Of a DNA stretch of 64,000 nucleotides, positions 63,771 to 64,000 are shown piece after piece. Positions within the stretch are counted from its first letter, which is position 1, and each line of letters opens with the position of its first letter. The notes beneath the pieces were generated by a model, which worked only from the letters and a program-made list of their open reading frames with translations, had not been told where the DNA came from and ran no database searches. The position numbers were made by a program, and so were the translations under genes. Source of the DNA: Mobula hypostoma (taxonomy: Eukaryota); contig NC_086119.1 of the NCBI RefSeq assembly GCF_963921235.1, positions 13,826,001 to 13,890,000 of the forward strand, given 5' to 3'.

Positions 63771-64000
63771 GAGTTGAAGTCCTGCAGCTGACAAACTCCT
63801 CTCTCAGCAAGGCACTGAATGTTGCACCTCACGTGACCCAGGATTAAAACACAATTCTTTTGTCTTGGGCAGCGGGAATATTTTTCGCATTTGCTGTACT
63901 TGGCTAAAGTCAGATTTTTGATCACCATAGCAACCACATACCATTGTCCTTGTGAAGAAAAGTTTGACTTTCTTGAACTCTGAAATAACGATTTGATTTT

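Overview
Vertebrate genomic DNA with one assembly gap (N run 8641-8791). It is most likely from a cartilaginous fish (ray/skate or shark), inferred from the CR1, Penelope, V-SINE and DeuSINE repeat landscape. The window holds the conserved TMEM97 - IFT20 - TNFAIP1 block. TMEM97 (+, 3 coding exons, 171 aa) and IFT20 (-, 4 coding exons, 130 aa) are complete. The first two coding exons of TNFAIP1/BACURD2 (+) are present, and TNFAIP1 shares a bidirectional CpG promoter with IFT20. All exon junctions were read by hand and are GT-AG and phase-compatible. Most other ORFs in the track are transposon remnants: CR1, RTE, Rex1/Babar, L1/Tx1 and Nimb LINEs, Penelope-like elements (PLEs), SINEs, Tc1/pogo-type elements, a solo LTR and a non-autonomous Helitron. 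The most striking non-gene structure is a set of PLE insertions that integrated as asymmetric fold-back palindromes of 0.17-1.3 kb. Each is bounded by a 12-16 bp target-site duplication (TSD) and carries intact or remnant minimal hammerhead ribozymes. Repeat family names come from recalled motifs, not database searches, and boundaries of old repeats are approximate.
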